Source of the DNA: Brevinemataceae bacterium
Lineage (GTDB): Bacteria; Spirochaetota; Brevinematia; Brevinematales; Brevinemataceae
Assembly (NCBI GenBank): GCA_051647535.1
Contig: JBOFEA010000015.1
Location: 11,058-75,057, forward strand
Direction: 5' to 3'
DNA: 64,000 bases
Every line of letters starts with the position of its first letter. Within the stretch, counting starts at the first letter, position 1. A program made the translations under genes and the position numbers. The notes below the pieces were generated by a model. It was not told where the DNA came from. It did not search any database and was given only the letters and a program-made list of their open reading frames with translations. Below, piece by piece: positions 37,800 through 48,400 of this stretch.

Positions 37800-38393
37800 T
37801 TAAAATAAATTCTGAACTAAAAAAAACGGATACGAAAACAATAACGCCACTGTTTCACGAAACGCAATAGGAAACATTTTTAATAAAGGAAGCGGAACTC
37901 TATCGCTTTCTATATATTGCGAATTTGGAAGATTGTAATACCATGCATACATTTTTATTCTCGGAAGATGATAGGCTTGGGAAATAAAAATAGGACTTGT
38001 ATCAAAATTCCGAAGCAGTTTTTTAGTATTAGCTACCGTTGCCATCGTATTAAATCCGTTAGTATCTTCTATAATATATTTTTGAGATATTCCAGCGTTT
38101 AATAGAAAGTTCTTCATTACCTGAACTTCTTCCTTTCTACCGCTGATAGCTAATGATGGTACTGTATTATAGTTTAATTGAACAAAATTCCACACTTCCA
38201 ATGCCTTATTCAAACGCTTTTCCAACGCCAAAACCGGTACACCATCATATTGAAATCCTGCTCCCAATATAACAATTAGTTTAGAAGAATGTATAGATTT
38301 TGTTTTTGGATTATATAACGTTATAAAAGTCATCAACACAATAAAAACGCTCAATGTTAAACTACATGCAACAATTATGATTTTTAATTTCAT
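37800..38393 (-). CDS. DUF218 (YdcF/SanA/ElyC-family) membrane-anchored protein
   Basis: N-terminal TM, then LIVILGAG......P...L..RL..A pattern typical of DUF218. Confidence 0.6.
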   Translation of the reverse strand: MKLKIIIVACSLTLSVFIVLMTFITLYNPKTKSIHSSKLIVILGAGFQYDGVPVLALEKRLNKALEVWNFVQLNYNTVPSLAISGRKEEVQVMKNFLLNAGISQKYIIEDTNGFNTMATVANTKKLLRNFDTSPIFISQAYHLPRIKMYAWYYNLPNSQYIESDRVPLPLLKMFPIAFRETVALLFSYPFFLVQNLF

Positions 38394-38657
38394 ACATTAT
38401 TATAACTTAAATTATTATTAAAATCAAATATTACATTTTTTTTTATAATAACTTGTTTTCTTAATATAATTTTTATATAATTTAAAAAAGTGCCGATATA
38501 AAATTAATAAAATAAAAAAAATTATTAAAAGTAAGGAGTGTTTGTAAACTTCAAAAAATACTTCCAAGAAATAACATATTAATACAAAAAATCACAAGGA
38601 TGTAATTTTGATATTAGTATCTTGGAATATAACCAATAAAAACAAGCGAGGATATTA

Positions 38658-39158
38658 ATGTTTAAAAAAGGTTTGTCTGTATTTTACCCTTTTCATGGGG
38701 CAGGTCAAATCGTTGATATTGAGGAAAAGGAAGTCCTCGGTAAAACAAGAGAATATCTTATTATCGAATTCCCTCTAACCCATACAAAAGTTATGCTGCC
38801 GGTTGATAATGCCGAAAACAGCGGACTACGTCCTCTTGCAACGGAAAAAATGATCAAACAAAGTTTTGATTTATTAGCATCTGAAGGTCATGTTAACACT
38901 TTTGATTGGAAACAACGTTATAAACTGCATACGGAAATGATTAAATCAGGAAAAATTCTTGATATTGCTGAAGTCATACGTAATCTCCATAGAAGAAATA
39001 TTGTTAAAGAACTTTCTTCAACAGAAAAAAAATTGTACAATGATTCTTTGGATATGCTTTCTGGAGAAATCGCTGTTGTTCTGCAAAAAGATAGCGAAGA
39101 TGTACGTAATGAAATTGAGTCTATTTTAAAAAAACATGCTCCTTCTGTTGAAGAATAA
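38658..39158 (+). CDS. carD: CarD/CdnL-family RNA-polymerase-binding transcription factor
   Basis: FKKGLSVFYPFHGAGQIVDIEEKEVLGKTREYLIIEF (CarD_TRCF RID domain). GAGGA upstream. Confidence 0.85.
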   Translation: MFKKGLSVFYPFHGAGQIVDIEEKEVLGKTREYLIIEFPLTHTKVMLPVDNAENSGLRPLATEKMIKQSFDLLASEGHVNTFDWKQRYKLHTEMIKSGKILDIAEVIRNLHRRNIVKELSSTEKKLYNDSLDMLSGEIAVVLQKDSEDVRNEIESILKKHAPSVEE

Positions 39159-39290
39159 TATTTTAGAAAATATGACTGTTGCATAGATACTAAGTACTAT
39201 TAATATATGATATAGTTATGCAGAAAAACATACCATAATCAACGTATTACTGGTATAAATACATATAATTAAAAAGGAGAGTTTACAGGT

Positions 39291-39923
39291 ATGCAACCGC
39301 CAAAATTATTACAAATCATATATGAATTCAAAATTGCCGTCACTCAAAGAATTATAAATATACAAATTTCAGCTAAAATACAAAAATATTTTTGCAACAA
39401 TATAACAAAATATAAAAATATACTAAAAAAAACATCATTAGCGGATAAGTCAACCTTATCAACTACAAAAACTCTGGCAATACATCCTCATAAAATAAAA
39501 GACAATAATTATAATATTGCCCTACCGCCATATCGCGAACATAACATTCAAAACTATACACACCTAACGTTTCTTCCTCAATCAAGCGAACACACACTCC
39601 TTATATGGAATGAAGATTCGCAAAAAGATCATGAAATCAAAGCATGGCAGATTAAAAGTTCTTCAGGATTAGACATTCTTCTACCGGCTTATGGTCGTTC
39701 TGCCTTTCTTGAAAATAAAGATATTTACCATTCCAAAATACAACTGTTTAAAATTTTTCACAATAATGAAAAGATATTAATTAATGAAGCATATTTTGGT
39801 AATTCTTCCTACACAGATATTAATCAATGCACTAATGAGGAGTTGGCTAAACTAAAAATGATGTCTTTTCAACAACAAGGGAGATCATCTGATAATAATA
39901 CAGCTCCGATAAGGAATAATTAA
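39291..39923 (+). CDS. Hypothetical protein (orphan), translationally coupled to ybeY
   Basis: AGGAG lies 8 nt upstream of the ATG. The stop is 1 nt before the ybeY ATG. No TM segment and no motif recognised. Confidence 0.5.
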   Translation: MQPPKLLQIIYEFKIAVTQRIINIQISAKIQKYFCNNITKYKNILKKTSLADKSTLSTTKTLAIHPHKIKDNNYNIALPPYREHNIQNYTHLTFLPQSSEHTLLIWNEDSQKDHEIKAWQIKSSSGLDILLPAYGRSAFLENKDIYHSKIQLFKIFHNNEKILINEAYFGNSSYTDINQCTNEELAKLKMMSFQQQGRSSDNNTAPIRNN

Positions 39924-39924
39924 T

Positions 39925-40410
39925 ATGATAGAAATAATTATTGAAGACCATTTAGAATATCTTCAACCATCAGAATTATTTTTAACAGAATTAAAGACAG
40001 TTTTGGAACAAATATTACTTGAATATAAGCAGGATTATCGAGTATGTTCATTATTTTTTTGTTCGGATAAATTTATCCACAATCTTAATAAAATATACAG
40101 AAAAAAAGATTATCCAACAGATGTGCTTTCTTTTTCGATCAATGAAGGAGAAATTTTCCCGGAAACGATAACAGATATGCCTCTAGGAGATATCATTATT
40201 TCACTTGAAACAGCAAAAAAGCAGGCAAAAGAATTTCAAGTTTCATATGAGGAAGAAATTGCCCGCTTAACAATACATGGTTTATTACATTTATTAGGTT
40301 TTGACCATGAGATCAACGAAGAAGAGCATAAAAAGATGTTTGATATCCAAGATAAATTAATGGATCGATTTATGCTTTCATATAACGGAAAAAACAGTTC
40401 TCATATATAA
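39925..40410 (+). CDS. ybeY: rRNA maturation endoribonuclease YbeY
   Basis: HGLLHLLGFDHE zinc-binding motif, TDVLSF. Confidence 0.9.
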   Translation: MIEIIIEDHLEYLQPSELFLTELKTVLEQILLEYKQDYRVCSLFFCSDKFIHNLNKIYRKKDYPTDVLSFSINEGEIFPETITDMPLGDIIISLETAKKQAKEFQVSYEEEIARLTIHGLLHLLGFDHEINEEEHKKMFDIQDKLMDRFMLSYNGKNSSHI

Positions 40411-40419
40411 AAATTCCAA

Positions 40420-42291
40420 TTATTTATCCATAATATCATTAATAGCATTTGAAATTTTAATATCATTTTTATATTCTGTAAATATTTGATTTTGCTCTAA
40501 TTCAACTACTTTATCTGAAACCAATAACGATTCTTTAAATTTAAACTTCTCCAAGAATGCTAGTATATCATCCATAAGTTCTCTTTTAATTTGAACTCTA
40601 ATAGTGACATCCATAAGCATACTTAACAAATTATCAACACTACTCATATGTCCGTCTAATGTGGATTTGGTATCAGAGAAATTTTGACGTAGTACGCCGA
40701 TTGTATTACTGTATTCATGAAGTCCGACTTGTTGTTCTTCCATAGAAATTTTTATTTCTTGAGCTAAATTAACCAAACCTTCTATTGTAAGAATCATTTC
40801 ATGAGTAGCAGTATTTTGTTCTTGCATCATTGTATTAAGTTGAGCGATTCTTTCTTCCACATTGCCGGCATAAATATTAATCTGATGAAGATCTTCACCA
40901 GCGATTTGAGCTTGACTCACAGAGTTTTCGATTTTTTCTACCATGGTATCAACAACAGTACGAATTTCTTTAGCGTTTTTATTTGTAGTTTCTGACAATC
41001 GGCGAATTTCTTCAGCAACAATAGCAAAACCTCTTCCGGCTTCACCGGCATGAGCAGCCTCAATAGAAGCGTTCATAGCAAGAAGATTTGTTTGTTTTGC
41101 GATATCTGTAATCAGTTTAAGAAGTTTAATAATCTGAGTAGAATATTCAGACACGTCACGAATAGAAATAATAGATGCATCCACCGCTTGATTACCTTTA
41201 TTAGCAACTTGAGTAAGTTTTCCGGCCAAGCCCACTGTTTCAGAAGATATTTTAGCAACACCTTCCATTTGACGACCCATTTCTTCCAAGGTTGCTGCGG
41301 ATTCGGTCATTGCTGCTGACTGCCGAGAAATATTACTGAAAATAATATCCAAGGTACGTTCCATTTGTTCCAACGCTGCTGCTGCCTGATTAACACTAGT
41401 GATTTGATAATGGATTTGTTTGGAAATTCGATCTGTTGACTGTTGCATAATTTGGACTTCCAGCTTCCAAATTTCTGAACTTTTAAACATTTGACCCGTT
41501 TGATAAATAATCTTCCGTATTGCAAGATTAGAAGATGCAACAGTAGTTTCAAGAAAATTAAGTAGTGTATTAATATTTTCGGCAATTAGACCAGTTTCAT
41601 CATGTGAATACAATGAGATTCTTTGAGAAATATCCAGTATATCATCTACTAAAAGCACATGAGTTGCTTTTTGAATTTTTGAAATACTAACAGCCACCAA
41701 TTGAAAAAATATAAATAATAGGAGCATAACTGAAACCAACGTGAACAAAAAGATTTGGCTATTAATAGCCAAACGAGCAATTGTTTTTGATAACAACTGT
41801 GTAGAATGTTGAGTAACAGGATATGTAGGATATTGAAGAGACCTATTATAAATTAACATTAATTCTTGGGAATTGCCTTCAGCATTGAATGCTAAATTTA
41901 CAAGCTCTTCTAGTATATTCAACTGTTCTACAGCTGTCATATCTTCATCAGAATATGCTTTTCTTACTAATGTACTGATATTATTTTGAGTTAGATTTGT
42001 AAATCGAGCATTCATTTCTTCTCGATCTGTGGTCATCGGGTTTTGAGACTGAGAATCAATATAAAGATCAGAAATTAAAAGTTTTAATTGACTAGCATAA
42101 TATTGCCGAGATACTACTATCAACAAATTTTTATTACTATCAAACAAGACAAGAAATACAGTAAATATGGTAACAGAAGCAAGTAAAACCAATACTGTAA
42201 TTCGAACTTTAATATTAGAAATCATCATTTGGAAAAAATCCGCTATACGGAATACCATAGTAAAACCTCGAACAATTTTTTGAATCTTCAT
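40420..42291 (-). CDS. Methyl-accepting chemotaxis protein
   Basis: Two TM segments flanking a periplasmic domain. Highly conserved signalling hairpin TNLLAMNASIEAAHAGEAGRGFAIVAEEIRRLSETT. Confidence 0.9.
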   Translation of the reverse strand: MKIQKIVRGFTMVFRIADFFQMMISNIKVRITVLVLLASVTIFTVFLVLFDSNKNLLIVVSRQYYASQLKLLISDLYIDSQSQNPMTTDREEMNARFTNLTQNNISTLVRKAYSDEDMTAVEQLNILEELVNLAFNAEGNSQELMLIYNRSLQYPTYPVTQHSTQLLSKTIARLAINSQIFLFTLVSVMLLLFIFFQLVAVSISKIQKATHVLLVDDILDISQRISLYSHDETGLIAENINTLLNFLETTVASSNLAIRKIIYQTGQMFKSSEIWKLEVQIMQQSTDRISKQIHYQITSVNQAAAALEQMERTLDIIFSNISRQSAAMTESAATLEEMGRQMEGVAKISSETVGLAGKLTQVANKGNQAVDASIISIRDVSEYSTQIIKLLKLITDIAKQTNLLAMNASIEAAHAGEAGRGFAIVAEEIRRLSETTNKNAKEIRTVVDTMVEKIENSVSQAQIAGEDLHQINIYAGNVEERIAQLNTMMQEQNTATHEMILTIEGLVNLAQEIKISMEEQQVGLHEYSNTIGVLRQNFSDTKSTLDGHMSSVDNLLSMLMDVTIRVQIKRELMDDILAFLEKFKFKESLLVSDKVVELEQNQIFTEYKNDIKISNAINDIMDK

Positions 42292-42327
42292 TATTCAAAG
42301 ATGTTTTCACACAAAGACAACACAAAA

Positions 42328-42356
42328 TTGAAAAACATGGATTCTTGATTTATAAT
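42328..42356 (+). promoter_or_regulatory. Sigma70-type promoter candidate for uvrB
   Basis: TTGAAA (42328-42333), 17-nt spacer, TATAAT (42351-42356), about 150 nt upstream of the uvrB ATG. Confidence 0.4.
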
Positions 42357-42507
42357 ATATATGATAATTATCTTATAATATATATTATGAACCATATTTA
42401 TTCTAACTGTTTATAAAAAAATAATCAATACTTTTTAAATCATTTTTCTAAATTAACTCTCCAAAATCATTACAAACAAAAATTCCTTTATTAAGGCCAT
42501 ATTTATC

Positions 42508-44514
42508 ATGAAAAAATTTGAAATCTATTCCAAATTCGATCCTGCAGGAGATCAGCCAAAAGCTATTACTGCATTGTCTGAAAATTTTCTTTCCGGTGTG
42601 AAAGAGCAAACTCTTCTTGGCGTAACGGGAAGCGGTAAAACGTTTACTATGGCTGGTATTATCCAGTCTCTTCAAGTACCTACATTGATTTTATCTCCCA
42701 ACAAAACACTAGCAGCACAGCTGTTTCGTGAATTCAAAGAATTTTTCCCCGAAAATGCTGTAGAATACTTTGTATCAAACTTTAACTATTATCAACCGGA
42801 AGCTTATCTTCCTCAAAAAAACATATACATCGAAAAAGAGTCCCGTATCAACGATGAATTAGACCGTATGAGGATTTCTGCTGTAGCTTCGCTTCTTGAA
42901 AGAAAAGACGTTATTATCATTGCTTCTATTTCTTGTATTTACGGAATGAGTGCTCCGGAAGATTATAAAGAGTTAATTCTTTTACTGAAAGTTGGAATGC
43001 ATGTTGATTTGGAAAAAATCAGACAGCATTTAATCCGAATATTGTATGAAGAAAGAGATTTCAGTTTGGAGCGGGCTTGTTTTCGTTATTACGATGGATA
43101 CTTAGATATTCATGTTTCTTATTCCAAAGATCTAATACGAATTTCTTTTGACCAAAATTCTACGATAGAATCAATAAAAATTCTGCAGTATTCTACAGGA
43201 AACGTTATTGAGGAAACAGATAGAACATTGATTTATCCGGCAAGATTATTTTTATCGACAGATAAAAAAATTGAACAAGCAATAGAAAATATTGAATTAG
43301 AACTAATTGACCGGCTGCAAGAACTCCGAGCAGAAGGTAAAGACGAAGAAGCGGTACGATTAGAAGCAAGAGTAAAATACGATATTGATATGATGTTAAG
43401 TATGGGATTCTGCAACGGAATCGAAAATTACTCACGTCATTTAACATTCAGAAACCCTGGAGAACGGCCTTTCACCTTATTAGATTACTTCCCTGAAGGA
43501 GATTATTTAACAGTTATCGACGAATCACATATTGCCGTACCTCAAATTGCAAGTATGTTCAACGGTAATCTTAGTCGTCGAACAACATTGGTTAATCATG
43601 GATTCAGACTTCCTTCTGCAATCGATCATAGACCACTGACTTCGGAAGAATTTTTCGATATTTCCGACAAAATACTATATGTTTCGGCAACTCCGGCCAA
43701 TTTTGAATTATCGCGTTCTGAAGCTGTAGTCGAGCAAATAATCAGACCTACAGGATTATTAGATCCGATTATTTCCGTACGGCAGACAGAAGGGCAGATC
43801 GTTGATATTATCAGAGAAGCCAAAGCCAGAAAAAATAATAACGAACGCGTAATCGTCACCACCTTAACCAAAAGAATGGCAGAAAATCTTACAGAACACT
43901 TAATTGAATCAGGACTATTGGTTTCATATATCCATAGTGATGTCGATACCATTACAAGAACTGAAATCTTAAGAGATCTTCGTTTGGGAACGTTTGATGT
44001 GTTAGTTGGAATTAATCTGTTGAGAGAAGGAATTGATCTTCCCGAAGTTTCTTTGGTATGTATCTTAGACGCAGACAAGGTAGGATTTCTTCGCTCGGCG
44101 CGATCGTTAATTCAAATCATAGGACGAAGTGCCAGAAACAGTGGCGGAGAAGTAATCATGTATGCGGATAAAGTCAGTGAAGCAATGAAAGAAGCAATCA
44201 ATGAAACCCAAAGAAGACGCTCCATTCAAGCAGACCACAACAAACACAACAATCTTACACCATCAACTGTGATCAAAGAAATCAAAGAAATTTTAGAACG
44301 AAAACCAAAAATACAAGAATCTAAAAATTCTGTAAAAATAGAAATTAAAAATATTATTAAAAAAGAAAAAAAAGATTCCGAAAAAATCAAAAAACTGACA
44401 GCACTAATGAATCACTATGCAGAAAAACTGTTATTTGTTGAAGCATCGCTATGCCGTGATGAAATCAAAAAAATGCAGAACCGAATTAAAAATCTAAAAA
44501 ATACTTCCAAATAA
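42508..44514 (+). CDS. uvrB: Excinuclease ABC subunit B
   Basis: GVTGSGKTFTMA, DESH box, helicase motifs, C-terminal UVR domain (LLFVEASLCRDEIKKM). Confidence 0.92.
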   Translation: MKKFEIYSKFDPAGDQPKAITALSENFLSGVKEQTLLGVTGSGKTFTMAGIIQSLQVPTLILSPNKTLAAQLFREFKEFFPENAVEYFVSNFNYYQPEAYLPQKNIYIEKESRINDELDRMRISAVASLLERKDVIIIASISCIYGMSAPEDYKELILLLKVGMHVDLEKIRQHLIRILYEERDFSLERACFRYYDGYLDIHVSYSKDLIRISFDQNSTIESIKILQYSTGNVIEETDRTLIYPARLFLSTDKKIEQAIENIELELIDRLQELRAEGKDEEAVRLEARVKYDIDMMLSMGFCNGIENYSRHLTFRNPGERPFTLLDYFPEGDYLTVIDESHIAVPQIASMFNGNLSRRTTLVNHGFRLPSAIDHRPLTSEEFFDISDKILYVSATPANFELSRSEAVVEQIIRPTGLLDPIISVRQTEGQIVDIIREAKARKNNNERVIVTTLTKRMAENLTEHLIESGLLVSYIHSDVDTITRTEILRDLRLGTFDVLVGINLLREGIDLPEVSLVCILDADKVGFLRSARSLIQIIGRSARNSGGEVIMYADKVSEAMKEAINETQRRRSIQADHNKHNNLTPSTVIKEIKEILERKPKIQESKNSVKIEIKNIIKKEKKDSEKIKKLTALMNHYAEKLLFVEASLCRDEIKKMQNRIKNLKNTSK

Positions 44515-44523
44515 GGATCAAAT

Positions 44524-44991
44524 ATGATTTTAACAAATTTAGAACGATTGATTGTTGACGATTACTGCCCCAATCTGGAAAAAGCTCTTACCTACCTGTG
44601 TGCCAACAAAACAAAAATTTTCCCACAAGCTGTTGGAACTTTCCAAGCCGACCCTAATTTTTTTTACATAATTCAAGAATACTGTACTAATGCTCCTCCG
44701 TCTGCTCCCAGATGGGAATCACACCAAAAATATATTGATATTCAGTTAATCTTGGAAGGTGAAGAAGCTATCGATACCCTTGATATTAAATATTTAAATA
44801 TTGCAGAAACTTATAATCCAGATAAAGATGTTATCTTTTATGAAGAAACTACAGGAGCTAGCAGAATCGTATTAAGAAAAGGTGATTTTGCCGTATTTTT
44901 TCCTGAAGACGGCCACAAACCGGCATTAATCGGTCCGTCAGGAAACAGCAACGTAAAAAAATGTTTATTTAAAATAGCGGTGGAACATTAA
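44524..44991 (+). CDS. YhcH/YjgK/YiaL-family (DUF386) cupin-like protein
   Basis: WESHQKYIDIQLILEGEE and FFPEDGHKP motifs typical of the family. Confidence 0.7.
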   Translation: MILTNLERLIVDDYCPNLEKALTYLCANKTKIFPQAVGTFQADPNFFYIIQEYCTNAPPSAPRWESHQKYIDIQLILEGEEAIDTLDIKYLNIAETYNPDKDVIFYEETTGASRIVLRKGDFAVFFPEDGHKPALIGPSGNSNVKKCLFKIAVEH

Positions 44992-45005
44992 CACCGCTAT
45001 TTTTA
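44976..45005. terminator. Intrinsic terminator overlapping the stop codon of the DUF386 gene
   Basis: AGCGGTG-gaacattaa-CACCGCT followed by ATTTTTATTTT. It lies between convergent genes. Confidence 0.6.
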
Positions 45006-45021
45006 TTTTACTATCTTGTTA

Positions 45022-46761
45022 TTAAAATTGATTTGGCACTTTAGCCGTATTGGAAGAAATCGTTCGAGGTTTAGGAACAACAACGTTAATAGTAATTATT
45101 TTTCCTCCTAATACAGGATGAGAAAGTTCGAATTCGGATTTGGTTAATCGAGGGCCTACAATAGGTTTTTGATCAATAGTGTTTTCAAAAAACGACTGCC
45201 GAACAACCGGTATATTATTCAAAAACGTTTTCCCGGCAACTCCGGAAGGATTTTGATCAACAAATACAATTTGTAGTTGATGTGTTGCAATTGGCTTTCT
45301 TAACTCCGCGATCAACTGCTTTTCAGAACGAATAGTGTAAGATTCGGAAAACAAATTCATTAATTCCGTTTCAATCGCCAATGCACTCCCTAACATAATA
45401 CTATATGTACCTTCTTTTAATGTTTTGGGAAGAGTTAGTGAAAAATTTGTATACACAGGCTGATCCAAATACGTACCTAATAACATATTTATCTTTACTT
45501 TTTCGCCGGGTAAATAAGAATCTCTTTCTGATTTTGCATTATTGATGGTAAAATAGTCGTATTTTTTGTCGGTAATATCAAAAAACAAATTTATTTCTTC
45601 AGGAACAATATGAGTTAAGGAGTTATTCCATAACATAGAGATATACTGACTCCAAAATTCCTTAATCAATCCGGGTTCCAAACCAGTTTCCTTAACCCAC
45701 GATGCAGAATTAGAAACAATTTGATTATTGGTTAATGCCAAACACCAAGACATATTAATTTGCTTTTCTATATTGCTTCCGAGTTCGGTATTTAATATTG
45801 ATTCTATCACTGATTGAATTAATACAGGAAGGTATTTTCTGGAACGGGCAAGATTCATATTATATGTTTTCTGATAATCTTTACCTTTAATATTGATAGA
45901 CAAAGGCATCATATCAGCCTTACGATCAAATCTTCCATATACAGACGCTTGACCATCAAACATTGTAGAACCTATTGTTTCAGGAAGAGCATCTCCCATC
46001 TTAAAAGACAAACGAGAAGTAGGAATAATATCATAAACAACAGATCTTGACAAAGGAAGACTGATTGGTCCTTCTCCATCCATAGGATGACCATAAATAT
46101 ACACATCTTCACCGTTCACATAAGTAACCGTACCAATCGAAGATAAGGTAATATCGCCTTCTACAAGCTTAATCGCAACACTATCTCCAGGTTTAAGAGG
46201 AGCTTTATCTTTAACACGTGAAGAAGGAACTGTTTTAAATGTTTCCACTCCGCCAAAAGAAGTTCTTTGAGTAGACAATGTTTGGATTTTCTGCAACAGA
46301 CCATCATCTTTAATTCCTGTTAAAGACCATGCAGCCGATATTGGTGCCATTCCTTGTTCTGATCCGAAAGATACTACCGAACTATGTACTTTATCTTCCA
46401 ACATTGCTTCGATAGGAACCACTCCGGCTAATAATTCCAAGGTAAACGACCATGTATACGCCAATGCACCTAATAATTTACCGTTAATATAAACAGGACT
46501 TCCACTCATCCCTGCAGCAACACGTGTTCGTTCAACATTTTTTCCGGACAAACGCACCAATACCAAGCCTTTTGTAGAAACATTTTTAGGCATATAAGCA
46601 ACAACTTCTACATCCATTTTTTCAGGTTCTACACCTTGGAAAACAGTTAGTGCATAACCTTTCATTCCAGGTTTAAGCTGATCCAAAGGGAAGAATTCAA
46701 TATTCTCATTAGACCAAATATCAACAGATATCAGTAATAATATTATCATTAACTTTTTCAT
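45022..46761 (-). CDS. Secreted SpoIVB-like peptidase S55 domain protein
   Basis: Signal peptide. LKPGMKGYALTVFQG...DVEVV.....GLVLVRLSG......VAAGMSGSPVYINGKLLGALAYTW matches the non-sporulation S55 family N-terminal domain as I recall it (Ser in GMSGSP). Confidence 0.55.
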   Translation of the reverse strand: MKKLMIILLLISVDIWSNENIEFFPLDQLKPGMKGYALTVFQGVEPEKMDVEVVAYMPKNVSTKGLVLVRLSGKNVERTRVAAGMSGSPVYINGKLLGALAYTWSFTLELLAGVVPIEAMLEDKVHSSVVSFGSEQGMAPISAAWSLTGIKDDGLLQKIQTLSTQRTSFGGVETFKTVPSSRVKDKAPLKPGDSVAIKLVEGDITLSSIGTVTYVNGEDVYIYGHPMDGEGPISLPLSRSVVYDIIPTSRLSFKMGDALPETIGSTMFDGQASVYGRFDRKADMMPLSINIKGKDYQKTYNMNLARSRKYLPVLIQSVIESILNTELGSNIEKQINMSWCLALTNNQIVSNSASWVKETGLEPGLIKEFWSQYISMLWNNSLTHIVPEEINLFFDITDKKYDYFTINNAKSERDSYLPGEKVKINMLLGTYLDQPVYTNFSLTLPKTLKEGTYSIMLGSALAIETELMNLFSESYTIRSEKQLIAELRKPIATHQLQIVFVDQNPSGVAGKTFLNNIPVVRQSFFENTIDQKPIVGPRLTKSEFELSHPVLGGKIITINVVVPKPRTISSNTAKVPNQF

Positions 46762-46777
46762 TTCTATTCCTTATCCA

Positions 46778-48325
46778 TCAGAAATTCAGCTGGAAACCGC
46801 CCCGTACTTGAAATCCTCCATAAAATGAAGATAATACAAACTGAATATTCTGATTAAGAATATTATCAAATTCTAGTGACAGACTAGCTATTTTATATAT
46901 TTTCTGAGTAAATTTCATATTCCACAACGGAATTACAGGGGATTGAAAATTTTCTAACAACAATCTAGGAGAATACAAAGTAAACCGTGTTTGAAACCAA
47001 AATCCAACCGGTTTGTATCCCAATCCCAGAAGAAAATCCATTTTATGTGCAGGATATAACAACCATGAGCTGGGAATATTTTCGTAAACATAAGAAAATG
47101 CTATATCAAAAATATCTTTTACTTCTGAGCCTAATGAAACCCCTACAGATATTAATTGAATATTTTCAATTTGAAGAAATTGATACAAATTATTTTGGGT
47201 GTTATATTGATAAATTCGTTTATTTTGAAAACTATTGTAATCAAACAACGCACCAAACCAAACCAACGGAGAAGGACGTACCTTCAAAGATAATCCATAA
47301 ACCCATTTCGATTCCTTAGTAGGAGAAATTTGAAAGAATTGCTGTTCTGAGAAAGAACGCTCAGCATTATATAAATTAAAATCCCCTGATACTTTGGCAT
47401 CAATAGAAAAAATATTTAAATAATCATACGCCAATTTGATTTCTGGCCATCCAAAGAAAGATTCAAATGAAGAAGTGACTAATACCCCTCCTATCATTAA
47501 TGAAAATCCTTTTCCTAATTTGAAATCACTTGTTAACGTAATCCACGCTGTATTAATACTAAAGCTATTACTATAATGATTAAAAGCATACCGAATATCA
47601 AACGTAAAATAATTCCAAGGTGCTAAGTTAGCAAAATATCCGACAGATAAATCAGTATCAACTAATAACCCGTCTCCGGTAGAAATACTTTCCAAATTCT
47701 GTAGCTGAAGCAGAGACAATCCTAATTCTGCTTGCATCTTAATATAAGAAATATCATTAACCCAATATTTTGCCCAAAAATTAATAGGTACATAATGATT
47801 ATTTTGATTGAAGTCTTGGTTATTGGTAAAATTCATCTTTCTTTGATGATATTGAAGAGAAGTAAAAATAACCGCATTATTTTTAGTATAGGTAAATTCA
47901 GCATCCAACATATTATTAAACAGCGTTGTATTGGGAAAAATTGTTCCGTTAAATCCGGTATTATCTTTCAATTGACCACGATAGCCTATTTTGTAAAACA
48001 AATTATTTACTACATTCTGTGAAAATGCATTTATACGGGTATCGTTATAAGACCCGTATAAAAATTCCATAAAAGAGAATTTGTGCCTGCTTTTTTGAAA
48101 TTGAATTGTAGAAATAGAAGCATCATTAGCAGCTGAAACTGCAAGTTCTTCCAAATATACCTGATGAAAATCAGGATTTCGATCCCTAATTAACGCTTCT
48201 TCAGTGCCGGTATTGTCCAAAGAACTATGATCTTCGATCGTCAATTCAATATCCGGAAGTTCAATATTATCAATTTGAGCATTGAGAGCAACAGGGATAA
48301 ATAATAATGCCAACAAAAATTTCAT
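46778..48325 (-). CDS. Hypothetical outer-membrane beta-barrel protein
   Basis: Signal peptide MKFLLALLFIPVALNAQ, alternating amphipathic aromatic-rich segments throughout, C-terminal ...GGFQLNF (terminal Phe). 16-nt gap to the S55 gene. Confidence 0.5.
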   Translation of the reverse strand: MKFLLALLFIPVALNAQIDNIELPDIELTIEDHSSLDNTGTEEALIRDRNPDFHQVYLEELAVSAANDASISTIQFQKSRHKFSFMEFLYGSYNDTRINAFSQNVVNNLFYKIGYRGQLKDNTGFNGTIFPNTTLFNNMLDAEFTYTKNNAVIFTSLQYHQRKMNFTNNQDFNQNNHYVPINFWAKYWVNDISYIKMQAELGLSLLQLQNLESISTGDGLLVDTDLSVGYFANLAPWNYFTFDIRYAFNHYSNSFSINTAWITLTSDFKLGKGFSLMIGGVLVTSSFESFFGWPEIKLAYDYLNIFSIDAKVSGDFNLYNAERSFSEQQFFQISPTKESKWVYGLSLKVRPSPLVWFGALFDYNSFQNKRIYQYNTQNNLYQFLQIENIQLISVGVSLGSEVKDIFDIAFSYVYENIPSSWLLYPAHKMDFLLGLGYKPVGFWFQTRFTLYSPRLLLENFQSPVIPLWNMKFTQKIYKIASLSLEFDNILNQNIQFVLSSFYGGFQVRGGFQLNF

Positions 48326-48400
48326 TCTGTGTATTTCCTAATAATTGTGAAGCTTAATTATAATATAATTTGAATAAAATTACAAATCAACCCGATAAAC

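Noticed and set aside
38492-38499. GCCGATAT, a match to the sigma-28 -10 element, upstream of carD. A related ACCGATAA lies on the minus strand near 2121-2128, upstream of flaA.
   Set aside because: No TAAA -35 element sits at the required 15-16 nt spacing in either case. By rough estimate a 7-8-mer of this composition is expected a few times by chance in 128 kb of two-strand sequence.
40408-40422. Convergent ybeY and mcp stop codons only 9 bp apart with no terminator hairpin
   Set aside because: This is common in compact genomes. Termination probably occurs inside the opposing genes. Nothing further can be inferred from sequence alone.
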